64,000 nucleotides of DNA from Laetmonice hystrix (Eukaryota), in contig OZ249436.1 in the NCBI GenBank assembly GCA_965235115.1, forward strand, positions 21,268,001 through 21,332,000, in the 5' to 3' direction. The position numbers and the translations under genes were made by a program. This document shows, one piece after another, positions 51,401 to 63,659 of this stretch. The notes below the pieces were generated by a model. That model was not told the DNA's origin. It was given only the letters and a program-made list of their open reading frames with translations, and ran no database searches. Positions within the stretch are counted from its first letter, which is position 1, and every line of letters begins with the position of its first letter.

Positions 51401-54400
51401 CGCCCCGTGCCGCCATCCAGCCTCCGCCACCCCGTACCCAATGTCTGCCGGTTACAGCACAGTAAATTAAAGACGGTGACACCTCAATCGGCCCTGGTTA
51501 CACGGTCAGATTAGGACACAGTCACAAGTGTCGTTCAAAATGTGGCCATTAATATCAACGGCCCGGACAGCGTCGAGAATTGGCTCACATCATCTGCACA
51601 TCAATTTAGGTCCCCTGCGCAAAATTCTTCCTGCGCAAAATTAATATTCGCCAACACACATGGCCAGCCGATGTCGGTATCTAATTGTCTAGTATGTGTA
51701 ACAATATGACAACACACCGACACTGTGGTCAAAGTAGGACGTCAACTTCTGTTCGTATTAATGGGCGTGGTGTTGACTCAGTACAAGTAGTATATGGCAA
51801 GAGTTGTAAGTATCAGGCACTATCCAAGGTTTCGTTCTAGCCGATTGATTGGGCTGGGTTAAAGTTGAACGTTTTCAGCGTGTATAGGTTGGTCGTTTCA
51901 CGAGGTTCTACAATTATTGATACAGTGAAGGGTTGGGATGATACAACCACGTGCCCGCGGACGTACGGACGGACGGACGACCGAGAAATGAACAGCAGGA
52001 GGTATGCCTTCTCTCTATTCTCTCCCGTATTTCTATTGTGACGGTTCACAACCAATGATTCACTTAGTGTCACGATCTAATTATTTCTTCCTAACTCCAT
52101 TAAGGCGTTGATTGTCGAGGCGGGGCCGTCTGTTTATAAATATTGACGGGTTAGGCCGTCCGGCCTGCTCCGGTTCTCGATTAAACCTATCAGTCCAACA
52201 AACAAACCCACAATCGGATCACTATCGAATTACCGGCACTCCAAGCTGCGGGTTATCTGGGAGATAATGAGTGCCATCATCCTGTTGTTATAGTTATCTC
52301 TTCAAGGGGCCTGCCGTGTCATGGCATTGTCACCGTAATAACATTAGGACCCTCCTCGCAACGTGACACTTTGCCCCGACAATTAATCTCTACCCGAGCC
52401 GAGCTGTCCTGTCTCGGTCTACACGGGGCGCTGGGTGTGATCGCCCGGCTGAGGTGTGCACCCGGTCATCGCAGTCCGACCTGCACTTCTAGACGGTCCA
52501 AGGGAACCGCTACCGTGCTATAGAAACGTCTCCCGTTATATAAAGGTCAGCCTGGGTCTGAGAAACACAACCCGACTGATTCCAGCCTAACATCACCCCC
52601 TCCCGTCACCCCAAACACCCACCCCACCCCCCTCACATGGCCAATTTATGGACGCTGCTTTATCTAGCAGGCCCACGTGCCCAGCCCTGCCGCCCGAAGG
52701 AGACAAAAACCCACCCATCTCCCTGATTTATTTATTCGACAACCTTTTGACACGTCGATAAATTAGCGTGCTACATCATTATGCATTTACTTGGGCTGGA
52801 GACAATATTTCTGGGGCGCCAACGTAGTGACCTTATTGTGCTGTGCGCGTGTGTGCAGTAGTGAGTGCGCCTCACAAGTACCGCCTTCTAGCCTTCAGGG
52901 TTCCCCGGCCCCGCCACGCAAATGGAAAGGGGGTCGGTGGGGGTCTGGAAATCGAAACGAAAATGCACGTGGCCAAATGGATTCCATATCCGCCGTGGAA
53001 GTGGTCTCAATAAATCCAATTGAGACAGGTTCTGTGGGGTTTTCTGTGGCGGCCGACTGATGCACTAAGTCGTGCTGTGTGCCCTCGGGTGGAACGGGCT
53101 AGTCCTCATTTACATTAGGCGCATGTATGGCAGAGACAGCCGGCCCGACCGCTATACCCAGTTATAATGTATCTTTGTATAATTACCACCGCCCCGCCAC
53201 TATGACCACCACAGACGGCACTCATGAAAAGATGCCGGTTATTAAAAGCATCTGCGTGCATTAGACTCGTTCGTGACGGCTTAGGATGTCGGGGCATATT
53301 TTCACATAGATCGATTTGGTGATGGATTTCGTATCCGCCTCAGCCGCCCACAACACCACCCAACCCCACCCTGGTGGGTGCGTGCAGGGAGGAGTACGGA
53401 CCGTCCACCTCAGCCAAGCCGGGGCTCCGCGGCCGACAGTCCCGGCAAGTGGGAGCTACGATCGGCTATCCATTTCCCTACGTATTGTCAATTTCCAGCG
53501 TAGGGAAGCGAGTGTTCGCATTAAGTCGTAGGTAGGCATCTCCGTGCCACCATTGCCACCATTGCCACGTGCGTGCCGCATTGTTTGCTTACTCTGCCAC
53601 AAACCGCTTTAATGGGATATTCATTTAAGCGATCGGCGCACGACATGACAATCATCATAATAATTCTCTCATAAATTGGATGGATATTTGTCCTATTTCC
53701 GGCTGGAGGGTGGCAGTATCGATCGAAACATCAAGCAGGGGGCTAGCCATCACACAATTGGCGGCACGCTGTTCTTTTCACCGCCTCAATTCGAAAAGAA
53801 CGAAGTGGTTGGAAGCGAACACATCCTAGAGTTAGGCCTACATCCCTGTGCTCCTCCATACACATGTAAACTCTGCGAGGATCCCCACGCCTACCGACAC
53901 CCACACTCCAGGACCTGTTAAATGTGTACGATCCACACGCTCCGAATCACATGACTGACTTCAATTATAAATAGAGTGATGTGTTCAGGGGCCGTATAAC
54001 AACCGTATACTGTATTATACGATATACGATACGGGAGGTCGGCTGTCTGGTCCCTGTACTCCCCACCATGACATGGTATAGAGGAGTCTGGATGGGTCTA
54101 TGATCAACCGTTCAACCCTGTTATAGTGACAACTTCATGTCTAACCTCCCTGTAATAAACATAGCGCCATTCTACTGGTACGGAAACCAAACCCACATAG
54201 ACCACGCTTCCGTTCACGTTTATACTGTCTAAATCTCTCACATCTTCAACAGACGCCGGGGGGGGGGGGTAAGTTAAAGGTGATTCTATACGATTTCAGA
54301 CACTTTTCACTACACCCCCACCCAAATATACAACTTAATACCTGTCACTATTCACACAGCGCTGGGACACTGAGATGCCTATACCATGTATTTAGTCCAC

Positions 54401-54513
54401 ACAGTCAGGGCGTTAAAACATGAATGTTCCCGATTACAATGTATTTGTAATTTTTAAACTAAGACCAGATATCGTAAGACCACAAAAACTGTAGAGTTGA
54501 AGGTTTTCCTTAC

Positions 54514-54746
54514 CTGGTTCGTCATGCCGCCGTTTATTGTTGCCATTGACGTCAGCCGTGGGTGTGATGGAAGCAGGTGGGTGTGATGTTGGAATCCCTA
54601 TGATACTCGAGATGCTGTAAGACTGTGGCGGCCCACTATGTGCGGTGGGAGCCTGAGTGATCACTGGGGTGGCGTTACCCGGCGCCACCGGACTACCCTG
54701 GCCGATCTGACTCTTTGCCTTCTCCGCCGCCTTGTTCCGTACTATC
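54514..54746 (-). CDS. Pax2/5/8: Pax2/5/8 exon: end of paired domain and octapeptide
   Basis: ttacag|G ATA GTA CGG AAC completes ...INR-IVRNKAAEKAK. Contains octapeptide YSISSIIG (cf. YSINGILG) and basic KRRHDE. Donor G|gtaagg; 233 nt, phase 2/1. Confidence 0.93.
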
Positions 54747-55489
54747 CTGTAATAACGACGCCCGATTAAAACACCACTTTTAGTATACTACTCACAACAA
54801 AAGTCTTAACCTAGCCCTACTCAAGTATCGTCGCCACCTGGGCGATCCATACGAGCCGAGGCAGGCTTTTTCTCTCTCAAACACATTTGTTCTATAACCT
54901 TCAAACTAGAAGTCGTTGTCATTACAGGCCAATGTTTTAACAGTTAATGTGAGCGAATAAATCTATATCTGCCCAGGATCGGTTTATGACAGTCTTTGTT
55001 CCGTTATAAGCCGTTTTGTGTCGGGATTTATTGGTAGGTCGAAGGTTCAAACACAAGCATCCGGTGAGTAAAGCAGTCTTCACATAACCGTTCTATTCAC
55101 GTCCGACCCGTATGGTTACAGGGGGCACTAAGCCGACACACAGCGGGAACTTTACGGTACTCTGTGACATAACTGTCCCCGCTAACATCCACAGCCACCT
55201 TTTGTTACATAGTAAATAGACTGAGGTGTGCCACTGACCAATTGACGTAATCCCGACTGTTGGAATTTAAATACTCATAAATTACGCTTCTTATGGACTT
55301 TTCACACCAATGTGTTGTTCTGGAGTGTTGGACAGAATCTAGCTGCCACATAATACGATACTGTCCAATTGTTCTGACCAAGAATTAAGGGCCCCTCTAA
55401 GTGCCTGGAGTAGGTCTACAGTGAGGCTCGTTAGAGGGGACCCTATTACACCCCCCTTCTAACCCCCCCCCCCCCGCCGCCAGAACCTA

Positions 55490-55606
55490 CCCTATCCCTC
55501 TCTCTCCATTCACCCCCTGAACCCACCCTATCTCTCCATTCGCCCCCCCCCCTTGAACCCCACCTCTCTCTCTCTCCATTCACCCCCTGAACCCACCCAC
55601 CCCCCG

Positions 55607-55647
<41 letters not shown>

Positions 55648-55666
55648 GTCTCTCTCTCTCTGTCTC

Positions 55667-55746
<80 letters not shown>

Positions 55747-55806
55747 CACCCCCTAAACCCCCCTCTCTCTCTCCATTTACCCCCTGAACTCTCTCTCTCT
55801 CCATTC
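55490..55806. repeat. CT-rich microsatellite and compound repeat
   Basis: (CT)n/(CTGT) interleaved with ccattcaccccctgaac units. Confidence 0.9.
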
Positions 55807-56941
55807 GCCCTCACATTGAAGGTTGACACGGACTTCCTGTTAGTCGGGTGTGCTCGCACAGATACATATCGTCCGTTTTATGTATACGTTTGACAAAAAC
55901 AGCTCGGCCACGCTATCACTCGATCCAAACGATCCAGTTGTAATTTAGAAAACTATTGCTTTATATTAAGTTACCTCTCATTTAATGGCTGTGTTATGGT
56001 ATAGTGATGAGGATAATAATAATATCAATTTCAACAGTAATATCAACAATTATGTATAAATATACACTGACAACATTCGTACAGTCATGCAGCGACAGTA
56101 ATATGACGACAAGGAACAACAATGATTGTACGTGATTACATATAATGACGACTGCGCCGACAGAAAACATGACCAACTACCACTTACAGCACACACGTCG
56201 GAAGGTTGGACAATGTGAGCGAAGGGTTCACGAGAGTTTGGAGAGTGTGACTGGGGACATACCCCCAGCACGACGACAGTCAGTGACGTCTAGGTGTGTG
56301 ACCCCAGCCATGGTGTCCAAATCGGTGGTGAGTCTCGGTCGGACTCCTCTGTCATTACAGGCTATACCCAACCGTACCCCCTCTCACCTCTCCCGTTTAA
56401 AGCCCCCTTTCACTCGCAGGAAACTATCCCTACCCTCACCCAAATAATCTCTCAACACGCAAACTACCCCCACCAAACTCTGGACAGGTTCCCTCGCCAC
56501 TTAGCCTCGACCCACTCTCACCGCTATCCATACCCATAATCAACCACCACTTAAGAAAGTTGGCCAGGCCATTCCCATAGAAACCCATGGCCCGCTGTAT
56601 TGTGAACGTCACATCAAAAGATCTGGGTAGCACACCATAAGACAGTGCGGGAGGTTTTGGTGTCCCCGGAAACGACAGGAGAGGACAAGGGTTGGCACCT
56701 TGATACAGAGAGTTAGCAATGTCACATCGTGAAGGTCGTCTGTTCTCTGACCTTGACATGCACATCGAGCGGTCTCAGGAATCCACAGGGTGCGATTTCT
56801 TAAAGGCTATCCGTCTTCAACTTCTGCTTAAAGGAGCCGAGTGACTTAACCTTGATATCTAAACCTTTCTTAAACCGGGTGCGAGGATATTGCTACTCAA
56901 AGTGGAAACATTTCAAACAGGGATAGTGAGGACGAATGCTG

Positions 56942-57077
56942 GGCCCCGTTCTTAAAATCTGAAGATCTTGCCTAAGTTTAGGCTTAACGCTTCTGATTGG
57001 CTGGTGTGCTTAGACCAGCCAATCAGAAGCGTTAAGCCTAAACTTAAGTAAGATCTTAAGATTTTAGGAACCGGGCC
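56942..57077. mobile_element. Fully palindromic MITE, PIF/Harbinger-like
   Basis: ctg|ggccccgttcttaaaatct ... agattttaggaaccgggcc|ctg; ~63-bp arms around a 10-nt loop; 3-bp CTG duplication. Confidence 0.85.
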
Positions 57078-58121
57078 CTGGTTGGATGTGGTTTGTGTGG
57101 GCAGAGACAGAGAGAAGATGCTGTAGAGGAAACTGTGTATCCATATCCCACCTACAAGTCTCCAATTTCAAATGCCACGTAATTTCAGACGTGACAATAG
57201 CCTTAAGCGTAAGAAATGATAGGTTTTAGGATATAAGTTTGGGCTTCACACTTGCCATTCACTTGCTGCGTCTGCTTGACTTTGCCCTGACTGACTCCCT
57301 TCCCTCGATTGGGACGCCCAGACCAGATTGCGCGAAATTCTGAAAAACACAGAACGTGTCGTCACCATGGGAACAACGTCTTTTCCTAACATGCAGGAAT
57401 CATCAGCCAAAGGATATAGTGTTATACATTTCAGTCATATTTTCACCCCCCAAAAAAGCACAACCAGTTACATTAACAACAGGAAACGTGCTTTTTTGGG
57501 TAATTCCAAACAGAATATGGGGCCAAAAATAGACGACACAAAATATGACAGGTAGTTTGACAGTATTTTACGTCATTTGAAGCAAAACCAGTTCGTAATT
57601 GTCTCATTCGACTCTGGTCTGGGTTCAATCGCCTTCATTATTTCAATAAAGTGTGACGTCTGCAGACAACAGTTAAAACTTTCTTTTTTTTAAAATCATC
57701 TTTCGACCGTCTCCGGCCACATTATCTGTATGATCATTATTATCTCTAAGATTATCCAAATGGTTCTTATAAATTTTCTACTCCTGTTGCATAATTGCGA
57801 ATACCGTCAACGGAACCTTTAGCATTTGAAATTGAGAAGGTTCCTTCGAAAGGTCGGAAAAGTACATGTCATTGTGAAAGTATTCATGCATTTATATTTT
57901 CAAAAATCTTACAACAAGACTTAACTATTGATGCAAGATATTAAAACATGATGACGATATGCCTATAACATTTTGTGATAACTTAACCTAGTAACAAACA
58001 GTGGCAGCAGGTAATATTGCTGCTGGACGTTTCGTGTCACATGCATGTTAAACACGGGCATAGCTTTCATCACAACTGTGAAAAGCAGTCACACGAAAAG
58101 GTCGTCGTTTCTCGGAGGAAT

Positions 58122-58350
58122 GGATCCAAGAATGACAGGGTGTAATCTTGTCCACTGGATCCAAGACGATCCAAGAATGACAGGGTGTAATCTTGTCCAC
58201 TGGATCCAAGACGATCCAAGAATGACAGGGTGTAATCTTGTCCACTGGATCCAAGACGATCCAAGAATGACAGGGTGTAATCTTGTCCACTGGATCCAAG
58301 ACGATCCGAGAATGACAGGGTGTAATCTTGTTCACTGGGTCCAAAACGAC
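58122..58350. repeat. 45-bp tandem repeat, 5 copies
   Basis: Unit gatccaagaatgacagggtgtaatcttgtccactggatccaagac. Confidence 0.95.
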
Positions 58351-60383
58351 AAACGTTCGTCAACATTTACGTAAAATTGGGTTAGATTTTGGCAAGACTG
58401 CTACCATTTATGTTTTGACCTACTTTTGAAAAATCTAAATTTAATTCATGTCGCTCCGGAATGACTTTGGTAAAGTTAGGTAAAGTTTTAAGATTGTGGT
58501 TGTTGTTCCAGAATCTACCAGACGAGGCGTTGAAAAGTAAAATATCCTGTTGACATTTAACAGGAAGGAACATAACGGCCGTTACACGGAACTGTACCTT
58601 GAAAACGGTGTCTAGCCTTGTAGTACGATTTTCCATACCACTTGTTAACATTTAGTAACATAACTAGGTCTTATAGAACTGAAGGACCTTCATCTACTTT
58701 GAGTGGGGGGAGCCTTTGGTGTGATGTCGTGCCATGTATAATAAACCATGCGATTTCATGTACGATGGCGCTCGTGTCGGCCGACCTCGAGTCACGTGAT
58801 CAGTTTGAATGGCGTCTAATTTGGGCTAATCACACGGGTGATATCCCGGGGTACAAAGACCCAACTTGTTGCTATCCATGACGACATGAATGTATACACG
58901 AAAGTGCAGGGGTTAGTCGGGGTCTCCGGTCGTTGTCAACTGTCCACCCACCCGCCCCCTGGCGGCCAGAAATCACGGCACACTATAGCACACAACATGA
59001 ACACGTTGGCTGACAAGTATCGTTAGTGCGGGGTGGAGGGGTGGGGTGGGGAGGGGGTGGAGGGGGGTGGAGAGGGGGTGTATACTGTAGGGTCTATAAT
59101 TGAGGCAGAGCTTGGCATGTATGTAATGATATAATGTCCTCTAGTACCGTCAGCTGATTTTACAGAGTCAGGCTCAGAAGGTATGCGGTACACATGGAGA
59201 AGGGGACACCGCGGGACTGGATACATTTCTTAAAGCTACACCCTCCAGTATATACCAGGGACATTAAGAATACCGAAGGGCCTCTAGAGTAACCGTTACG
59301 CTTTGCTCTCAAATCTATTACACCCCCTTGCCCCTTTTTCTTCCAGCCTATTTGGAGATACAAAGTAGGTCTGGTCTCTGCGTCATCAGGTTAGCCCCTT
59401 GCGTGTTTAGACATCTAAAAAATCTACAGAAGGGCCAGGGTGTCCCAAGTGCGGACCATCTGGTGCGTGAAACGTAATCGGCGTCTGTATTACTTGGGTC
59501 AACTCCGCCGGCCTTTCCTCTCTCTATTCTCTTGTCTATCTATACACTGTAGGGGCTATACGGTCTCAACATGGAGTCAATTCACTGCTGTAAAATATAC
59601 GCAGAGATGGCCATCTATATCGACTTGACTTCAGCGACAGTTTCCTTTAACGGCTCGTGGTCGTAAACACATCTTATCTTGATTACATTCAAACGGGCGT
59701 TAGTGCATTACCGCCCAACGTCCTTTGTACCGCCACTTCGCCAGTCTCACCACAAACTTCTCACGTTACCATGACAACAAAGCATTCTATGTTGTGCCAG
59801 ATCAAACTTTCCATTTTCGGGGCTGGGGTTGAGTTCAACAGAAAAGGGATAAATTTAAAATGAACTTTCCGAATTGTGAAAAAAAAATCGTGTTGCCTTC
59901 ATGTAAATTTATGTGAAAAAGAATGAACACCACAAGTAGAGTGTGTGCCGATAGGTCCAATAATAAAAATAAAGCGTGGGGAAATACATGTACAAACATG
60001 AACACACAACAACAGGCGACAACTCGGGAAATCAGCAGAAAGGTTAGCCATCCAGCAGCAGCAGCAACAACAACGACAACAACAACAACAACAAAATATT
60101 GATTCGTTGCTGGATTTGGAAAGATGCATGCATTGATTACATAACGGCATGCAGCGCAGCTTGAAGAACAGGTACGGGTTGTGTGTTGTACCATGCATGC
60201 ATGACTCTCTCCGACCAGGCGACCAGCCGACCAGCGACCAGCCGACCAGCCACCAGCCGACCAGCCACCAGCCGACCAGCCGGGGAGCCACGACTATCCC
60301 ACGGCTCTCGGCCGACACATGCGGGGAGGGTGTGCGACACAAACACACTGCCACCAGAAGGTGGCCCAGTCTTGTCGCCTTAC

Positions 60384-60581
60384 CTATTGATCGAGCTCAC
60401 TGACGGCACGTTTTCTTGATCACAGACTCCCTCGGCCAGGAGCCGGTCACGGATCTCCCATGCGAACATGGTTGGGTTCTCTCGCTTGTACTTACAGATG
60501 GCATCGACTACCTTTGGGGTTGCCACCTTGGGTTTAGATCCTCCGATAACTCCGGGTTTTATAGACCCCGTCTCATAGTAC
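60384..60581 (-). CDS. Pax2/5/8: Pax2/5/8 paired-domain exon (linker + RED subdomain), copy B
   Basis: 198 nt, ttgcag|G ... AG|gtaagg, phase 2/2. Encodes (R)[65 protein letters not shown](R), closer to canonical Pax2 than copy A. Confidence 0.96.
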
Positions 60582-60650
60582 CTGCAACATCGGAACCGCA
60601 ATGCTCAAACCCTCTCCATCAATGTTGTTAGAATGGGTTACAACGCTTAC

Positions 60651-60848
60651 CTGTTGATGGAGCTGACGCTAGGAATGTTGTCCTGTGTGCACACTGACTC
60701 GTTCAGCAATCGATCGCGGATCTCCCACGCAAACATTGTAGGATTCTCCTGTTTATACTTGGTGATTGCATCCACCACCTTGGGTGTGGCCACCTTGGGC
60801 TTCGAGCCTCCAATAACTCCTGGTTTGACGGATCCAGTCTCATAGTAC
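60651..60848 (-). CDS. Pax2/5/8: Pax2/5/8 paired-domain exon (linker + RED subdomain), copy A
   Basis: 198 nt, acceptor ttgcag|G, donor AG|gtaagc, phase 2/2. Encodes (R)[65 protein letters not shown](R), the C-terminal half of a Pax2/5/8-type paired domain. Confidence 0.95.
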
Positions 60849-61586
60849 CTGCAATGGAAACAAAGGGGGGCGGGTCCACCACGGTTAGCGTTCATCTCCT
60901 GAAGACGTCACACCACCACCACCGGGTTGGCTACAGCTCCTGGCCACAAGGCGTCAGTCACTAAGGGTTAGATAAGAAACGGCATGCTCTCAATGTTAGT
61001 ATCATCCGTTAGCTTGAAAACGAATGGAACAGAAATACGCTTTAATTGCCCCAACTCGCCAGGGATGGAAGAGGTATAGACCTATTGAAGATTCCATGTT
61101 ATTATATTGATAACCACCACCGTGAGTTTAGTCAGGTCCATATATCAGAGATAAGGTGCTTGAAAATATATAATTTAAAACCGTCTATTATTATTATTAT
61201 TATTATCATTATGGACAGCCTAATTCTGACTGAGTGCAGCCTTTAAAAGTCCCCTCATAATGACATGGATAACGTTTTTTAGTAATAGATCGTTATCCAA
61301 AAAAAATAAGAAAGCTCACAGACCGAATTACATCTTGAGTTCATCTATACTAGTGTGACTAAATGATTCCTTCCGTCTAAAGTACCCACTGAGTCCATTA
61401 TGTCACCTTTTAGTGCCTCTTAACATTGCATAATTCCATGTCTAGCGGTGTCACCGGTCTATGAACACAACCATTAACGCAAATAAGGATCGAATGGAAT
61501 GCTTTAGTAACTTTACGATCTTGGAGAACCACATATCAAAGTAGATCTTTGTGCTCTTTTCCCTCCCTGAGTATGCGAGGCGATTA

Positions 61587-63048
61587 TAGGACCGCCTGAG
61601 TCTGTATCTCAGTCTGACTGGTCGACAGGCCGGGGTTCGTGCTAGGACCGCCTGAGTCTGTATCTCAGTCTGACTGGTCAACAGGCCGGGGTTCGTGCTA
61701 TAGAACCGCCTGAGTCTGTATCTCAGTCTGACTGGTCGACAGGCCGGGGTTCGTGCTAGGACCGCCTGAGTCTGTATCTCAGTCTGACTGGTCGACAGGC
61801 CGGGGTTCGTGCTAGGACCGCCTGAGTCTGTATCTCAGTCTGACTGGCCGGGGTTCGTGCTAGGACCGCCTGAGTCTGTATCTCAGTCTGACTGGTCGAC
61901 AGGCCGGGGTTCGTGCTAGGACCGCCTGAGTCTGTATCTCAGTCTGACTGGTCGACAGGCCGGGTTCGTGCTAGGACCGCCTGAGTCTGTATCTCAGTCT
62001 GACTGGTCGACAGGCCGGGGTTCGTGCTAGGACCGCCTGAGTCTGTATCTCAGTCTGACTGGTCGACAGGCCGGGGTTCGTGCTAGGACCGCCTGAGTCT
62101 GTATCTCAGTCTGACTGGTCGACAGGCCGGGGTTCGTGCTATAGGACCGCCTGAGTCTGTATCTCAGTCTGACTGGTCGACAGGCCGGGGTTCGTGCTAG
62201 GACCGCCTGAGTCTGTATCTCAGTCTGACTGGTCGACAGGCCGGGGTTCGTGCTAGGACCGCCTGAGTCTGTATCTCAGTCTGACTGGTCGACAGGCCGG
62301 TGTTCGTGCTAGGACCGCCTGGGTCTGTATCTCAGTCTGACTGGTCGACAGGCCGGGTTCGTGCTAGGACCGCCTGAGTCTGTATCTCAGTCTGACTGGT
62401 CGACAGGCCGGGGTTCGTGCTATAGGACCGCCTGAGTCTGTATCTCAGTCTGACTGGTCGACAGGCCGGGGTTCGTGCTAGGACCGCCCGAGTCTGTATC
62501 TCAGTCTGACTGGTCGACAGGCCGGGGTTCGTGCTAGGACCGCCCGAGTCTGTATCTCAGTCTGACTGAACGACAGGCCGGGGTTCGTGCTAGGACCGCC
62601 TGAGTCTGTATCTCAGTCTGACTGGTCGACAGGTCGGGGTTCGTGCTAGGACCGCCTGAGTCTGTATCTCAGTCTGTCTGGTCGACAGGCCGGGGTTCGT
62701 GCTAGGACCGCCTGAGTCAGTATCTCAGCCTGACTGGTCGACAGGCCGGGGTTCATGCTAGGACCGCCTGAGTCGGTATCTCAGTCTGACTGGTCGACAG
62801 GTCGGGGTTCGTGCTAGGACCGCCTGAGTCTGTATCTCAGTCTGACTGGTCGACAGGCCGGTGTTCGTGCTAGGACCGCCTGAGTCTGTATCTCAGTCTG
62901 ACTGGTCGACAGGCCGGGGTTCGTGCTAGGACCGCCTGAGTCTGTATCTCAGTCTGACTGGTCGACAGGCCGGGGTTCGTGCTATAGGACCGCCTGAGTC
63001 TGTATCTCAGTCTGACTGGTCGACAGGTCGGGGTTCGTGCTAGGACCG
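61587..63048. repeat. 56-bp minisatellite, ~26 copies
   Basis: Unit taggaccgcctgagtctgtatctcagtctgactggtcgacaggccggggttcgtgc. Confidence 0.97.
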
Positions 63049-63550
63049 ACCGCCAGGGTGCGTGACTGGGTCCAGGTGAGCAGATCGACTGCTGATAATA
63101 CGTCTATATCCTGTCCTGTTCCCTGTCAGCACCATAGGTGCCACCCATACATCACCAGGGTCCAATCATAGCTAAAACCGTCAGTCTGGCTGGGCCACAA
63201 CTCAGTCATTCCCGGCCGGGGCCTGCATGGGTATATACACGGTCATGGCGTGCACGTTCATGATCCATGCCATGTGCTTGTACGACCCCCACCACCTTAT
63301 CATACTATACATGTAAACATGTAAGTACATGAAGTCTGCCCTCACCACGCTGGTGACATACAAGACCTTCCTGACTATGCTGTACACGGTAACATCCCAC
63401 ACGGACTACATGTTTACACCCCTAGAGTACCAGGTTGGTCTCTGTCCAGCTAATAAAGGACGTTTAAAGGACGGTATCAGTAGGTTATAGTGTATTATGA
63501 ATGAAACGTTATCTGATGTTTTTTTACATGAACCGTACCTGGAGTACCTG

Positions 63551-63659
63551 GACCATGAGCGGACCATGAGCTGACCGTGAGCGGACCATGAGCTGACCGT
63601 GAGCGGACCATGAGCTGACCGTGAGCGGAAAATGAGCGGAACATGAGCGGACTATGAGC
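63551..63659. repeat. 11/22-bp tandem repeat
   Basis: gagcggaccat / gagctgaccgt units. Confidence 0.85.

Noticed and set aside
56436..56765. ORF containing RRPSRCDI as the missing PAI exon
   Set aside because: No GVNQLGG, NGRPLP or VSHGCVSKIL motifs, and it lies downstream of the RED exons. The PAI exon was not found in 60849-64000 either.
60384..60848. Assembly artefact, or two separate Pax genes
   Set aside because: The copies are heavily diverged at synonymous sites and have different flanks, so they are not a haplotype or read duplication. They are 69 nt apart and share one set of downstream exons.
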